A stretch of 64,000 nt of DNA, from contig OZ255721.1 in the NCBI GenBank assembly GCA_965277285.1, positions 3,456,001-3,520,000 of the forward strand, given 5' to 3'. Both the position numbers and the translations under genes were made by a program. Below the pieces are notes generated by a model. It was not told the DNA's origin and did not search any database. It saw nothing but the letters and a program-made list of their open reading frames with translations. The DNA is from Abditibacteriaceae bacterium. GTDB taxonomy: Bacteria; Armatimonadota; Abditibacteriia; Abditibacteriales; Abditibacteriaceae. Below are positions 30,137 through 41,724 of this stretch, in pieces. Within the stretch, counting starts at the first letter, position 1. Each line of letters opens with the position of its first letter.

Positions 30137-33100
30137 ATGTTGAACCTCAAACACTTGTTCGGCGGTAAGCCGAAAGATGAAGACACAAAAGCAGGCGCCG
30201 TCCAATTAGCGCCCGGACAGCAAGCGCCCGGAATCGCCGGGGCGGTCGCCAAATTGTTCGACAAGAACGAAAAAGAAGTCGCCAAATTGCGCCCGATGGT
30301 TGAGCGCGTCAACGCTCTGGCTGCCGAACTCAAAGCCTTGTCCGATGAAGAACTGAAAGAACGCTCACAACAATTGCGCGAGCGTTTCAAAGAATTGGTG
30401 ACGCAAAAGCTGTCGAAATCGCGCGACGCGCAGAGCGAAGCGTTCGGTTGGCAGGAACTCGAAACCGAAATGGACTGGAGCGACGAATATCATCGCGCTC
30501 GCAAGGCCGCAGAAAAAGAAACATTGGATGAACTGCTGCCCGAAGCTTTTGCCCTGACGCGCGAAGCCGGCGACCGCACGATTGGCCTGCGACATTTCGA
30601 TGTGCAGCTCATTGGTGGCGCGGTTTTGCACAGCGGACGCATCGCCGAAATGCGCACCGGCGAAGGGAAAACTCTCGTCGCCACCTTGCCGACGTATCTC
30701 AATTCGCTTTCGGGGCGCGGCGTTCACGTCGTCACGGTCAACGATTATCTGGCCGAGCGCGACGCCAACTGGATGCGCCCGATTTACGAATTCTTAGGCT
30801 TGTCGGTCGCGTTTTTGACCAACGATATGGACAGCGAAGCGCGCAAACCGGCTTATGCCTGCGACGTTTTGTATGGCACCAACAGCGAGTTCGGTTTCGA
30901 TTATCTGCGCGATAACATGGCGCGCACAGCCGAAGATGTCGTGCAGCGCGCGCTCAACTTTGCGATGGTCGATGAAGTCGATAACATCTTGATTGACGAA
31001 GCGCGCACGCCGCTGATTATTGCGGGGCAGGTCGCCAAAACCGACCGCGCTTTGCGACGCCAGCAAATGGCGAAAATCTGCGACGGACTGGCGCGTAATT
31101 TAATGCCCGCCGTGACCGACCGCGAAATAGAAAACCTGCAAGATGCCGTGACGGAGCGCGGGCGCATCGACATCGACGCTTTGATGAACGAGATTTTGCA
31201 ACGCGGCGCCTTTGAAGCGGCGGCGCGGCACCTCATCGAATCGTATTTGATTGGCGAACGCAGCGCGCGCGTGGAAAACGCTTCTCATTTGCTTGATGTC
31301 GCAATCGAGTACTCGAAAGACGGCCTGATCGACGAAACAGGCCGCGCGCATTTGCAGAATATCGCGGTTCAAGCGGTTCATCCCGACCGTTTGCGCGACG
31401 CCTGGACAAGTGAAATCGCGCGCTTGAGCGAACCTTTTGCGCAAGCGTACGCGTTCAATATGGACGAAGGCAACGCGCGTGCGCTGGCGATGTCGCTCGA
31501 TCAAGGCGACGATGCGACGACCGAATTCGCGCCGCGTCTGGATGACACACAAGAAAAAACGCCGGTTGTGGCGCAGATTGTGGCCGAAGAAATGGCGCGT
31601 CGCAACCTGGTGTCGGAAGGCGCCGTTGATGCCGTCGCAGCCGCCTTGTTGAGCGCCGGAAGTTCGCCTCAAGCGGTTCACTCAGCGTTGATGGAAGCGG
31701 TTTTGGCATCGCCCGGCGGCGTGCAGGAAGCGGACGCCTTGTTGCACGAAGCCGTCGCGGAAAGCGGTGCCATTGACGGCATCAAAAACGAAGAAAGCGC
31801 GCGTCGCATCATCGGTGCGTTGGAAGAGATTTCGCTGCGCGGATTGTTGCCGTTTGAAACTGGCGAGCGTTTGTGGGAGTCGGTGAAGTTGACGCAAGGC
31901 CGCGACGCGTTGCGCCAGGAAATCGCGCGCACCGTGCAGCAACATCCGGGCGCGACGGCGCAGCAAATCGCGCAACTGGCGAATGAGTACTCGAATCAGC
32001 GCACCACGTTTTTGCAGCAACAATCGGAGCTTTTGCGCGGACAATTGGGCGCTTATGAAAGCGTCGTCAAGCGCGCACAAAGCGGCGCGAGCGCTATCGA
32101 ACTGCGCCAGAATTTGCAAAGCGAAATCTCCAAAAGCGGCGCGTTCGGCGAAGCGACCAAGATCGTCAAAAAGTTCGTGCAAGAGCAAAACCGCGCACAC
32201 GAAACTTTGGCGACAAGCCTCGCCGAAGAAATGGCGCAATGGGTCGAAGTGCCGCGCGATGCGCCCAAAGTTCTGGCGCAATTGTTGAACGAAGGCGGCA
32301 AAACCTCAGAAGTGCGCGAGCGCATTCTGTTGGCCGTGCGCGACTTGCCCGGCGAAAACACCGAACTTCCCGCGCTGATCGGCGAAAGCGTGCGCCAACT
32401 TCAAGAATGGCGAACAGAAAACGCGCACCAGTTGGTGGGGCAAATCAACGCCAAAGTCGAGCTTCCCGCCGAATCGAGTACTGGAATTGTGGCCGCAATT
32501 GAAAACGGCGATTATCCGAACAACCTGGAAAGTTTCGTCGGCGAGCAGCTTCTGACTTCGCCGCAGATTGCGACTCAGGCGCAGGCGATTGACGAGTTTG
32601 GCGCGCGCTTGGACGAGTTCGAGACGAAAAGCGACACGCAGCTTTTGAGTTCGATTGACGCGATTTTGCCGCTTTCCGCCGACGCGCACGATGCGCTGGA
32701 AGAAACGCTGGACGAAAACGAAAGCGACCTGGCGAGCGCGTTGTTCGAGACTTTGGCGGCGGATGCGGTCAGCCGGCATTTGGAACCGTTGTTGACCGAA
32801 GAAAACGCCGGTGCGTTCGCCGAAGAAGTGACGCGGCGCTTGCCGCTGGCGAAACCTGTCCGCAAGCGCGTCAAGGCGAGCAACTTCGTCGGGCGTTCAT
32901 CCGAACAATTGATGCGCGCACTTGTGCGTTTGGTGCAGGAAACGCTCGCGGTTGTGCAAGTCGATGAAGGCGTCGGCGAAGACAGCCTCAAACGCGTTCT
33001 GCGCAACCTGGGCTGGCTGACCGAAAAAGACGAAAAGCGTCGCCAGGCCGCGCTCACCGATATGGGAACGCTGGTCGCCGAACGCGAAGCCGGAACGCCC

Positions 33101-36100
33101 GCTTTCAGCGACCCGGAAAACTTCCTCGACACGCTGGTTTCCAACGAAATCTTGACGGACGACGAAGCCGCGGTTTTGCGTCGCGCGCAAAGTGAAAACC
33201 CGAACGATACAGTTTCGACATTGGTAGATCGCGTACTGCGTTTGCCTGCAGAGCGTCGTCGCCGTTTGGCCGAAGCGAAGTTGCAGGAAATCCAGAACGT
33301 TCTGGATCAGGCGATCAAGGCGCACGCGCTGTTTCACCGCGAAGTGCATTACGTCATCGCCGCCAATCCCGAAACGGGCAAGCAGGAAATCGTCATCGTC
33401 GATGAATTCACGGGTCGCAAAATGCCTGGTCGTCGTTTTTCGGAAGGCTTGCACGAAGCGCTCGAAGGCAAGCACGATTTGGAAGTTCAGCTTGAATCGC
33501 AGACCGTTGCGACGATCACGATTCAGAATTATTTCCGTTTGTATAACAAGCTGGGCGGCATGACGGGAACCGCGAAAACTGAAGAAGCCGAGTTCGCCAA
33601 AACCTATGGTATCGAAGTCATTTCGATTCCGACCAACCGCCAAATTCAGCGCCGCGACTTTCCCGATGTGGTTTATAAAACCGCCGAAGCGAAGTTCCGT
33701 GCCATCACGTTCGAGATTTTGGAACATCACTGCGCTGGTCAGCCGGTTCTGGTCGGCACGCGCTCAGTGGAAGTTTCCGAGCGCATGAGCGAACGCTTGA
33801 AAGCGCAGCCTTTGCAACTTTTGGCGTTGCAGCAATTGATCAAATCGAAGTTGTGGGACGATAAAAGCATCAATGCCGAGCAAAAAGCCGAGATCGTGCA
33901 AGGCTTGAATACGCCGATTGCGCAACTCAATTTGATGCAGGTCAAAGCGGTTGCCAAGCAGTTCGGCATCAATCCCGACGCGACGCACGAAGACAACATC
34001 AACGCGCTTTTGGCGTTGTTCACAGTCTCGAATGCGTCGCGCGAAAAATTGGAGACGGCGCTTAAAGTCGGTTTGCCGCACAACGTTTTGAACGCGAAAA
34101 ATCACCGCAACGAAGCGCGCATTGTCGCGGAAGCGGCGCGTCCGGCGAGCGTGACGATTGCGACCAACATGGCCGGTCGCGGCGTGGACATCGTGCTGGG
34201 CGGAACACTCGATGTCGAATCGCGCTGGCGCGTGATGACGCTGCAAACTCTGGCGCGCGCATTGGAAGGCAAAACGATTCATGTCCGTTCGCGCAACGAA
34301 GAAACGACGCAAAAGTTTGTCGAAAGGCTTTCGCCGGAACGTTTGCAAGACCTGGCGTGGATGAGTTTGATGACGCAACACGTCGATGAACTCGAGCATC
34401 AGGGCAAGCTGCAAGGCCAGATCGCCAAGGAATTGCGCGACACGCTGGCGCAGGAGTTGACGACGCCCGATTTGAAAAACAAAGTGCGTTCTCGCGCGCG
34501 GCGTTTGAATCTATTGGAGCAATTGCCACTTGATGCCGAACCGATGGACGACGAACGAGTACTCGATGCGCTGAACAGCGACCTGAAGCGCCTGATGAAC
34601 GCGCGCTTTGACAATCAGCAATTGCTGATGGTGTTGTCGAACGGCATCGCGTGCCGCGCGACGGGCCGCGATCCAGGCGAAACGGCGTTGTTGGCGGCGC
34701 TGTCGCGGCCTCTTTCAATTGCGCAAAACTCGTGCGGACGCTTGCTCGAAGTCTTGAACGAAATGCCCGATTTGGACGAACTGTTGTTGGAAGCCGCGTC
34801 CAAGATGACCGATTTGGGTTACGCGCAATCGTTCAACGAACTGGCGACGCAACTTCCCAACGTCACGCCGGAATGGGTCGAAGGCGAGTTGAAATTGTTC
34901 AACGTGACGAACGCGGACGAAGCGAAACGCGCCCTGAATTTGCGGCAGACGAACCGCAAAGAAGTCAACGAAGCGCAGATTATCGCGGCTCTGGGCGAGG
35001 CGAATCTTGGGCTGCAATGGCTGCGCGAACGCTTGCGCGAATGGAATGTGGCGAGTGAAGCGCGCGCGTTTCAGGCGACGCCGGAATTGCAGGAAATGCT
35101 GGGCGACAACGCCGTCGTGCACTTGAAGTTGGACAACGAACGCGTCGCAGCTTTGCTGAAAGAATGGCAGAATGGTGGAGAACATCGTCGCGCCATGGTG
35201 ACAGTCGAAGCGCCGAACCTGATTTTGCTGGGCGATGTCGCAGAAATCGCCGGACACGACGCGCCGTTTTTGCATCCCGAATGGATGCACCAGACGATGG
35301 TTCAGCTCAATCTGTTGACGGGCGACGACATGTTTGAAGCGCAAATTATGGGTCAGTCTGAAGACGAGCAGGGCAACATTCAAGAGATGCCGATTGACGT
35401 TCTGGTTTATCGCATTCGACTGAATCGAGTACTCGATGCGCTGGCGCCTACCTTGCGCGAAGCCGTGGCGCAGGAAGGCAGCGACGCCAAAGCCGTGCTG
35501 CGCGAAGTCGAGCGTCATGCGCCGTGGGCGAAGCAGTTCATCGACGAAGAATGGGTTTCGCACAAGCTGCAAAATCTCGATATGGCGAACGCGCCCGCAC
35601 AACCCACGGGCGCGCCAGTCTTAATTGAAACCGGCGTCGCGGGACAAAGCGCCGACATCGTTTTGGAAGGCGAAGCGCGCGCCGAAGACATCGCGCACAC
35701 ATCGGAGCAGGAAGTTGTGAAGCAGTCGGGCGGCTTGCACATCATCGGCACCGAGCGCCACGAAAGCCGACGCATCGACAATCAGTTGCGCGGTCGCGCC
35801 GGTCGTCAGGGCGATCCGGGTTCGAGCCGCTTTTATGTCAGCCTGGAAGACGAATTGTGGCGTTTGTTCGGCGTGCGTGGTCAAGGCTTGCTCAATAAAT
35901 GGGACGAGGACGAAGCGGTCGAGCATCCGATGATTTCCAAGAGCGTCGAGCGAGCGCAAAAGAAGGTCGAACTGAACCACTTTGAAGGCCGCAAAAACGT
36001 TCTGCAATATGATGATGTGATGAACGTGCAGCGCGAAGTGATTTACCGAGAGCGCCGCCGCGCGCTTTTGGGCGGCGACTTGCGCGAAACAGTACTCGAT

Positions 36101-36922
36101 ATGGCGCAGCAAGCGGCGCTGGGCGAGGCTGAAAAGCATTGTCCGCGCGCCGTGCGTTCCGATGAATGGGACACGCACAAATTGTATGTCGGACTTTCGC
36201 GTTTGTTCGGTTCGTCCTTGCTGCACAAGCATTTGAACGAAGACGAACTTGTTCAAATCACCAACCGCGACGAGATGGACGACAAGCTCAAAGAAGTCGC
36301 GGAAGGTTGCTACAATTCGCGTGAAGAAGAAATGGGCGAGGAAAATCTGCGCAGTTTGGAAGCGTGGCAAGTCACGCGCTCGATTGACGAATACTGGATG
36401 GAGCATCTGGCGGAAATGGATTATTTGCGCGACGCGATCTGGCAGGAAGGCTACGCGCAAAAGGAGCCAATTGGCGTTTATCGCCAGGAAGGTTTCGCCT
36501 TGTTCCAAAAGATGCAGGACGAAATTCGCCGCGAAGTGACCGAAGCGATTTTCTCGGCTCAGAACGAGATTTCGGTGAACAATATGTTCTACGGCGGCCC
36601 GGAACTTTCGGAATTGACCGAAGCGCGCCTGGTGCAAATGATGCCGATGGACAATGGCGGCATCGAAGACGGCGCCTTGCTGGACAAAGACGCCGATAGC
36701 GATGACGACGAAGAAATCTTGGTTTCCAGTTCGCCAATGGCGCTTCCTAACGTGCCCAACAATGGAGCGCAATCGAGTACTCGAAACGTGCAAAGTAGCG
36801 GTTCCGTTAGCGGCAATTCGTTTCCATCTGCTAATAACGGCAGTGGTAACAACGGCGACGAACGGAATATGTCAAGATCGGAGCGTCGGGCGCGCGAACG
36901 CGAATCGAAAAAGCAAAAGTAA
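30137..36922 (+). CDS. secA: Preprotein translocase subunit SecA, 2261 aa with large insertions
   Basis: [80 protein letters not shown]. Confidence 0.97.
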   Translation: MLNLKHLFGGKPKDEDTKAGAVQLAPGQQAPGIAGAVAKLFDKNEKEVAKLRPMVERVNALAAELKALSDEELKERSQQLRERFKELVTQKLSKSRDAQSEAFGWQELETEMDWSDEYHRARKAAEKETLDELLPEAFALTREAGDRTIGLRHFDVQLIGGAVLHSGRIAEMRTGEGKTLVATLPTYLNSLSGRGVHVVTVNDYLAERDANWMRPIYEFLGLSVAFLTNDMDSEARKPAYACDVLYGTNSEFGFDYLRDNMARTAEDVVQRALNFAMVDEVDNILIDEARTPLIIAGQVAKTDRALRRQQMAKICDGLARNLMPAVTDREIENLQDAVTERGRIDIDALMNEILQRGAFEAAARHLIESYLIGERSARVENASHLLDVAIEYSKDGLIDETGRAHLQNIAVQAVHPDRLRDAWTSEIARLSEPFAQAYAFNMDEGNARALAMSLDQGDDATTEFAPRLDDTQEKTPVVAQIVAEEMARRNLVSEGAVDAVAAALLSAGSSPQAVHSALMEAVLASPGGVQEADALLHEAVAESGAIDGIKNEESARRIIGALEEISLRGLLPFETGERLWESVKLTQGRDALRQEIARTVQQHPGATAQQIAQLANEYSNQRTTFLQQQSELLRGQLGAYESVVKRAQSGASAIELRQNLQSEISKSGAFGEATKIVKKFVQEQNRAHETLATSLAEEMAQWVEVPRDAPKVLAQLLNEGGKTSEVRERILLAVRDLPGENTELPALIGESVRQLQEWRTENAHQLVGQINAKVELPAESSTGIVAAIENGDYPNNLESFVGEQLLTSPQIATQAQAIDEFGARLDEFETKSDTQLLSSIDAILPLSADAHDALEETLDENESDLASALFETLAADAVSRHLEPLLTEENAGAFAEEVTRRLPLAKPVRKRVKASNFVGRSSEQLMRALVRLVQETLAVVQVDEGVGEDSLKRVLRNLGWLTEKDEKRRQAALTDMGTLVAEREAGTPAFSDPENFLDTLVSNEILTDDEAAVLRRAQSENPNDTVSTLVDRVLRLPAERRRRLAEAKLQEIQNVLDQAIKAHALFHREVHYVIAANPETGKQEIVIVDEFTGRKMPGRRFSEGLHEALEGKHDLEVQLESQTVATITIQNYFRLYNKLGGMTGTAKTEEAEFAKTYGIEVISIPTNRQIQRRDFPDVVYKTAEAKFRAITFEILEHHCAGQPVLVGTRSVEVSERMSERLKAQPLQLLALQQLIKSKLWDDKSINAEQKAEIVQGLNTPIAQLNLMQVKAVAKQFGINPDATHEDNINALLALFTVSNASREKLETALKVGLPHNVLNAKNHRNEARIVAEAARPASVTIATNMAGRGVDIVLGGTLDVESRWRVMTLQTLARALEGKTIHVRSRNEETTQKFVERLSPERLQDLAWMSLMTQHVDELEHQGKLQGQIAKELRDTLAQELTTPDLKNKVRSRARRLNLLEQLPLDAEPMDDERVLDALNSDLKRLMNARFDNQQLLMVLSNGIACRATGRDPGETALLAALSRPLSIAQNSCGRLLEVLNEMPDLDELLLEAASKMTDLGYAQSFNELATQLPNVTPEWVEGELKLFNVTNADEAKRALNLRQTNRKEVNEAQIIAALGEANLGLQWLRERLREWNVASEARAFQATPELQEMLGDNAVVHLKLDNERVAALLKEWQNGGEHRRAMVTVEAPNLILLGDVAEIAGHDAPFLHPEWMHQTMVQLNLLTGDDMFEAQIMGQSEDEQGNIQEMPIDVLVYRIRLNRVLDALAPTLREAVAQEGSDAKAVLREVERHAPWAKQFIDEEWVSHKLQNLDMANAPAQPTGAPVLIETGVAGQSADIVLEGEARAEDIAHTSEQEVVKQSGGLHIIGTERHESRRIDNQLRGRAGRQGDPGSSRFYVSLEDELWRLFGVRGQGLLNKWDEDEAVEHPMISKSVERAQKKVELNHFEGRKNVLQYDDVMNVQREVIYRERRRALLGGDLRETVLDMAQQAALGEAEKHCPRAVRSDEWDTHKLYVGLSRLFGSSLLHKHLNEDELVQITNRDEMDDKLKEVAEGCYNSREEEMGEENLRSLEAWQVTRSIDEYWMEHLAEMDYLRDAIWQEGYAQKEPIGVYRQEGFALFQKMQDEIRREVTEAIFSAQNEISVNNMFYGGPELSELTEARLVQMMPMDNGGIEDGALLDKDADSDDDEEILVSSSPMALPNVPNNGAQSSTRNVQSSGSVSGNSFPSANNGSGNNGDERNMSRSERRARERESKKQK

Positions 36923-36940
36923 CTCTGTGGCAAAAGTTGA

Positions 36941-36974
36941 GAAAGGGCGCTGCGAAATTTTGCAGCGCCCTTTC
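36941..36974 (+). terminator. Hairpin after secA
   Basis: GAAAGGGCGCTGCG...TGCAGCGCCCTTTC. Confidence 0.65.
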
Positions 36975-37001
36975 CCAATTAGCGGCTCAATGAAGTGAGT
37001 C

Positions 37002-37099
37002 TTTGATAACGAACGCGAAGCGTAAGCGACGGACTTAAGCTAAAGGTGCATAAGACCATCCTTATAAGCCCGTCGCTTACGCTTCGCGTTCGTTATCAA
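37002..37099. repeat. REP-like hairpin, family A
   Basis: TTTGATAACGAACGCGAAGCGTAAGCGACGG...CCGTCGCTTACGCTTCGCGTTCGTTATCAAA. Confidence 0.8.
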
Positions 37100-37221
37100 A
37101 AATTGACGGTTATTTTTGTCTTGAAATTGACTTTTCTTGACAAACCTTCCACTGCGTGTTCGCGTCTGCATAAACAACAAACGAACGAAGTTTCAAACTT
37201 TGTTTCGCAGGGAGAAACCCG

Positions 37222-38097
37222 ATGAAACGCTCGAACATTTTAGCTGCCGCCGTGTTAAGTTTCGGCGCCATGACCGTTTTTGGCCAAGTCGCGCAAGCTG
37301 ACCCGGGCGACCGTGATTACAATCGCGATTCCAGTCGTAATGACAACCGAGATTCGCGCCAAGATCGCCGCGATACGCAGACAACGCGTAGCAATTCGCG
37401 CCAAGACTCGCGCCACGACAATGGTGACAGTCGCACTTATAGCGATAATCGCAACTACGGAAGTAGCCGCAGCTATAACGATAATCGCAATTCTGGTAAT
37501 AATCGCGTCTACAGCGATGACAGCAACTCCGGCTACAATCGCAATAATCGCAACAACCGCGATGGTGGCTATAACAATGGCTACCGTAACTATGATTACA
37601 ACCGCAACAACGATGGTAACCGCAGTTACGGTTACAATCGCAACGACGGTTATAACCGTAACTATGGTTACAGCGGCTATGACCGCGGTTACCGCAACGA
37701 CGACGTTTACTCGCGCGGTGGCCGCTATTATCGCGGAGAACAGATTTTCAATGGCTCGTATGGCGGCTTCTACTACCGCGACGGCTATCGTTTTGGCCTC
37801 AACGTCGTTTATTTATTCGGTGATCGCTATTGCTACAACGGCGACTATTACACCGGATATTACGACGGCTATCGTTACGAGGATGGCTACCGCTGCGAGG
37901 ATCGTGACATTGAAGGCGTCATTATCAACAGTTCGGACGACTGGTACAGAGTTCGTGACTATGATGGCCACGAGTATCGCATTCGCAACCGCAACGACGC
38001 GTTTCGCCATTATAGGCGCGGCGACTCGGTACGCGTAAGCGGCTTCTTTTCCCACGGCAGCATCTTCGCTGACGTTGTTATCCACCTGGGACGCTAA
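37222..38097 (+). CDS. Secreted R/N/D/Y/G-rich low-complexity protein with small C-terminal beta domain
   Basis: Signal peptide ending AQA; GGGAG RBS; repeated YNRNDG-like units. Confidence 0.8.
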   Translation: MKRSNILAAAVLSFGAMTVFGQVAQADPGDRDYNRDSSRNDNRDSRQDRRDTQTTRSNSRQDSRHDNGDSRTYSDNRNYGSSRSYNDNRNSGNNRVYSDDSNSGYNRNNRNNRDGGYNNGYRNYDYNRNNDGNRSYGYNRNDGYNRNYGYSGYDRGYRNDDVYSRGGRYYRGEQIFNGSYGGFYYRDGYRFGLNVVYLFGDRYCYNGDYYTGYYDGYRYEDGYRCEDRDIEGVIINSSDDWYRVRDYDGHEYRIRNRNDAFRHYRRGDSVRVSGFFSHGSIFADVVIHLGR

Positions 38098-38109
38098 AAA
38101 TCGCCAACC

Positions 38110-38150
38110 AAAAAGCATCGAGTACTCAATTCGAGTACTCGATGCTTTTT
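38110..38150 (+). terminator. Terminator hairpin built from two palindrome cores
   Basis: AAAAAGCATCGAGTACTC-AATTC-GAGTACTCGATGCTTTTT. Confidence 0.8.
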
Positions 38151-38223
38151 TGCGTCTTTTCGCGGACAAAATCGTATAGAAAATCGTATAGGTTGCGATG
38201 GAGAAAAATTCACGAGGTAAAAG

Positions 38224-39249
38224 ATGAGCAAAACCCACAAAACTTTAACGGCGTTAGCGATTGGAATCGGCGCGGCAGCGACATGGCGCGCGATTTTGCG
38301 CCAGCAACGCGCTTACGACGTGAGCGGAAAAACGGTGCTCATCGTTGGCGGTTCACGCGGCCTGGGATTGATTCTGGCGCGCCAACTGGCCGATGAAGGC
38401 GCGAAACTTTCGCTTTGCGCGCGCGGCGAAAGCGAACTGGCGTCCGCGAAAAGCGAACTGGAAGCGCGTGGCGCGCAAGTCTTAACAACAGTTTGCGATG
38501 TGACTGACAAAAGCCAGATCGAAAACGTCATCGAGAAAACGGTCGCACATTTCGGCGCCGTTGATGTGTTGTTTTATGTCGCGGGCGTTTTTATCGCCGG
38601 GCCGATTGAGGCGATGACAGATGACGATTTCGAGTACTCGATGAAGGTCAATTTCTGGGGCGCTTATTACGCAACGATGGCGGCTTTGCCATTTCTGAAG
38701 AAAAACGGCGGGCGCGTGGTGCACATGTCGTCGGTCGGCGGTCGCATTGCGACGCCGCATTTGCTGCCTTATAATGCGAGCAAATTTGCGCTCAGCGGCT
38801 TGTCGCAGGGCTTGCGCGTTGAATTGGAGAAAGATGGCGTTTTGGTGACGACGGTTTATCCGTGGATTATGCGCGTCGGCAGCTTGCGCAACGCGCAGTT
38901 CAAAGGCCGCCATCGCGCCGAATACGCCATCGGTTCGGTGATGAACGCCAATCCGCTTTTGTCCGACGACCCAGAACGCGCGGCGCGCTCGATGATCGCG
39001 GCGATGAAGCGCGGCGATGCTTCCGCGACGTTGTGGTTCACCAACACGGCGATTCTGCTGGATACTTTGCTGCCCGAATTGTCGAAAGACGCGATGGCGA
39101 TTGCCAACCGATTGATGCCGAAAATGGACGGCGACGACAGTATCGGCACGCAAAGTCGCAAAGGCTACGAAAGCGAATCGAAACTGTCGCAATCGCCTTT
39201 AACCGCAACGCTGCAAAACGCGGCGCAGAAATATAACGAAAAGTTGTGA
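38224..39249 (+). CDS. Short-chain dehydrogenase/reductase
   Basis: GGSRGLG and YNASK. Confidence 0.93.
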   Translation: MSKTHKTLTALAIGIGAAATWRAILRQQRAYDVSGKTVLIVGGSRGLGLILARQLADEGAKLSLCARGESELASAKSELEARGAQVLTTVCDVTDKSQIENVIEKTVAHFGAVDVLFYVAGVFIAGPIEAMTDDDFEYSMKVNFWGAYYATMAALPFLKKNGGRVVHMSSVGGRIATPHLLPYNASKFALSGLSQGLRVELEKDGVLVTTVYPWIMRVGSLRNAQFKGRHRAEYAIGSVMNANPLLSDDPERAARSMIAAMKRGDASATLWFTNTAILLDTLLPELSKDAMAIANRLMPKMDGDDSIGTQSRKGYESESKLSQSPLTATLQNAAQKYNEKL

Positions 39250-39261
39250 GAACGCGAACTC

Positions 39262-39753
39262 ATGATTGATTTTCAGTTTCACCGAGACGGTACTGGGCAT
39301 AAGGACATCGTTTTTTGCCTACATGATTACTCGTGCGTCTGCGATTCGTACTACTTCTTCATTGATTACAATTTCTATCCCGATGATGGAAGCGTGGACA
39401 AGGCATTGAAAGTCATGCGCCAACTTTTACAGCAATGGATGATAGCCATTGAAAATCTCACCGAAAACGAAACCGTCTATTTGCCGTTCGATTTTTCGGA
39501 TCAATACACGGGATGCGTCGAATGCACAGTCTCGCAAGGTAAACTTGTGTTGCGCGCTGGCTATTCCAATCGCGAAGCGTGGCGGTCGTGGCCGAGCGAC
39601 ATCAGCAATTACATCCACGCAATCAACGATTTTAAAGTTTATGCGAACTTCACCAAACATCCCGTGAAGATGATGAAGGCCACATTTCTTAGTGATATTT
39701 CAAAAAGCCAAGACAAACTTTTCAACCCACTGGATTTTCAATTGAAGGATTGA
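39262..39753 (+). CDS. Hypothetical protein, AT-richer
   Basis: 163-aa ORF; its stop codon overlaps a palindrome variant. Confidence 0.7.
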   Translation: MIDFQFHRDGTGHKDIVFCLHDYSCVCDSYYFFIDYNFYPDDGSVDKALKVMRQLLQQWMIAIENLTENETVYLPFDFSDQYTGCVECTVSQGKLVLRAGYSNREAWRSWPSDISNYIHAINDFKVYANFTKHPVKMMKATFLSDISKSQDKLFNPLDFQLKD

Positions 39754-39769
39754 GTACTCGATTGCCTTT

Positions 39770-40315
39770 ATGACTTCAATTCTCACTTCTACACTGAGCC
39801 GACCGCAGGACGAACCGGCGCAAGAGCCGCAACCTGGCGACCTTTTGCTGTTTTGCAATGCGCGCAAGTTCAATCGCTTGATTACTTGGTTCACTAAATC
39901 GCCGTATTATCACGTCGCCCTTTATCGCGGCGATGGTCACGTTGTGGAAGCGCGTCCGCGCGGCGTGGTCGACCGCGATTTGAATGGGCCGGACGGTGAC
40001 AAGTCGTTCGATGTGATTTCCAGTCCGCACGGGCGCGAAAAAGGCGAAGCGGCGCTCGAGTGGGCGATTCAGCAAATCGGCGCCAAATACGACAAAACCG
40101 ACGTCGCGGTTATTGTATTGGAGCGAATGTTCAAAAAGCTGCACCTCGATTACACCAGCCACGATAAGTTTTCCTGCGGCGAGTTCGTTTCCTGCGCTTT
40201 TGAAAACGCGGGCGTCCAGTTATTTCCCGACTGCCCGGCGGAAAAAGTCGTGCCCGCCGATTTCGCTCAGTTTCTGTCTCCTGAGGTACGCGAAAAACGC
40301 GAACATGAACGCTGA
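39770..40315 (+). CDS. Permuted NlpC/P60 (YiiX/YebB-like) protein
   Basis: PGDLLL, YHVALY, EARPRGV, G..YD, FSCGEFV (His precedes Cys). Confidence 0.85.
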   Translation: MTSILTSTLSRPQDEPAQEPQPGDLLLFCNARKFNRLITWFTKSPYYHVALYRGDGHVVEARPRGVVDRDLNGPDGDKSFDVISSPHGREKGEAALEWAIQQIGAKYDKTDVAVIVLERMFKKLHLDYTSHDKFSCGEFVSCAFENAGVQLFPDCPAEKVVPADFAQFLSPEVREKREHER

Positions 40316-40364
40316 AAAAGTCGCCTTTCGAGTACTCGAACTGAGTACTCGAAAGGCGACTTTT
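40316..40364. terminator. Bidirectional terminator built from two palindrome cores
   Basis: AAAAGTCGCCTTTCGAGTACTC-GAACT-GAGTACTCGAAAGGCGACTTTT. Confidence 0.85.
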
Positions 40365-40368
40365 ATTT

Positions 40369-40456
<88 letters not shown>

Positions 40457-40462
40457 GAAAAT

Positions 40463-40617
40463 AAATGATGAATACGGAATGATGAATAAAAAAGAATTCC
40501 CACTTCGTCATTCTGAGTGAAACGAAGAATCTAACTCCAGTTAGATCTTTCGCTACGCTCAAGATGACAAAGCTGTCAGTTTCATTCCATTCATCATTCC
40601 GTATTCATCATTCATCC
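40463..40617. repeat. Heptamer inverted repeat enclosing a GTCA-type REP pair (40507-40568)
   Basis: GTCATTCTGAGTGAAACGAAGAATCT...AGATCTTTCGCTACGCTCAAGATGAC inside ATGATGA/ATACGGA arms. Confidence 0.7.
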
Positions 40618-40618
40618 T

Positions 40619-41095
40619 TTATTTCCCCGTGTGCCCAAAGCCGCCGCTGCCGCGACTGGTTTCGTCCAGTTCTTCCACGATTTCAAGTTCCAATCGTTCG
40701 ACGCGCGCCACGACCATTTGCGCGATTCTGTCACCGCGAGCAACGACAAATTCTTCGTGTCCCAGATTCGTCAAAATGACTTTGACTTCGCCACGATAAT
40801 CGCTGTCAATTGTGGCTGGCGAATTCAACAAAGTAATGCCGTGTTTCAACGCCAGACCAGAGCGCGGACGCAATTGAACTTCGTAGCCTTCTGGAATGGC
40901 GAGGGAAAAACCTGTCGCTATTAATTTTGTTTCACCAACGCCCAATGTGCAACTTTCCGCCGCGCGCACATCCATTCCGGCTGCACCCACCGTTTGATAC
41001 GACGGCAATGCCAAATCTTCACCGCCTGCTTCGCGCCTGATTTTCAAGATCGGCGCGTTCGCGCTGTTCGAGTACTCGAAAGGTTCAACTGCCAA
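40619..41095 (-). CDS. dut: dUTP diphosphatase
   Basis: [39 protein letters not shown] start after AGGAAGG. Confidence 0.96.
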   Translation of the reverse strand: MAVEPFEYSNSANAPILKIRREAGGEDLALPSYQTVGAAGMDVRAAESCTLGVGETKLIATGFSLAIPEGYEVQLRPRSGLALKHGITLLNSPATIDSDYRGEVKVILTNLGHEEFVVARGDRIAQMVVARVERLELEIVEELDETSRGSGGFGHTGK

Positions 41096-41651
41096 GTCGT
41101 ACCTTCCTATCGCGCTTGTCGTTTTTGCGTCCGCCATTTTGCGGCACTTCAGCGAAGGCGCGCAAACCGCCATTCAAGGCCATTTGCAACGCGTCGTTTT
41201 CTTCGTCGGACAGCGTTTGTTCACTTTGGCCGTTTATCACTGATTTGGCAAAACAGCGCCCATCGTTGCGTCCCATCAAGCCGGTGAGAAGCGTGCCATT
41301 TTGATGGTCATCCAGCAAAACCAGCGAAAACGACTGCGTTCCGCTGACATCGCCATACGCGTCATAGCGCACCAGACCGATGTGCTGCACGCAATCGCGC
41401 ATCGTTTCACTGGCGTTTCGCAACTGCGTTTCCAGTTCCTGACAGCGATTGAGCGATTGCTCGCTTTCGCTCAGGCAACGTGCCAGCATTGCTTCCAAAT
41501 CTTCGCCGCTTGGTCCCAGCAACGCCGAACGCAGCGCGCGATTAGTCTTTTTTATGCGACCGTTCAAGCCTGCATAAAGCAGAAATTGCAGCGTCGCTAA
41601 AATCATCAACGCGATTAGAATGTGTGAATAATACGGCTTCAAAAGTTCCAT
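41085..41651 (-). CDS. DUF4446 family protein
   Basis: N-terminal TM, coiled coil, IGLVRYDAY...SFSLVLLD...G, LS.EE..AL. Confidence 0.85.
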   Translation of the reverse strand: MELLKPYYSHILIALMILATLQFLLYAGLNGRIKKTNRALRSALLGPSGEDLEAMLARCLSESEQSLNRCQELETQLRNASETMRDCVQHIGLVRYDAYGDVSGTQSFSLVLLDDHQNGTLLTGLMGRNDGRCFAKSVINGQSEQTLSDEENDALQMALNGGLRAFAEVPQNGGRKNDKRDRKVRLGS

Positions 41652-41724
41652 TGGCGGAATCGAGTACTCGAATCAGGTGTAGGGGCTTGGCGCGCCAGGC
41701 CCCTACGGTTTGCAGAATAATCAA

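Noticed and set aside
31110..35710. Inteins in secA
   Set aside because: No C/S start with HN-C/S/T end and no homing-endonuclease motifs; the third insert is explained by internal duplication
37280..38038. Thr/Ala/Ile-rich 252-aa ORF
   Set aside because: Alternate frame of the low-complexity gene 37222-38097, which has the RBS and signal peptide
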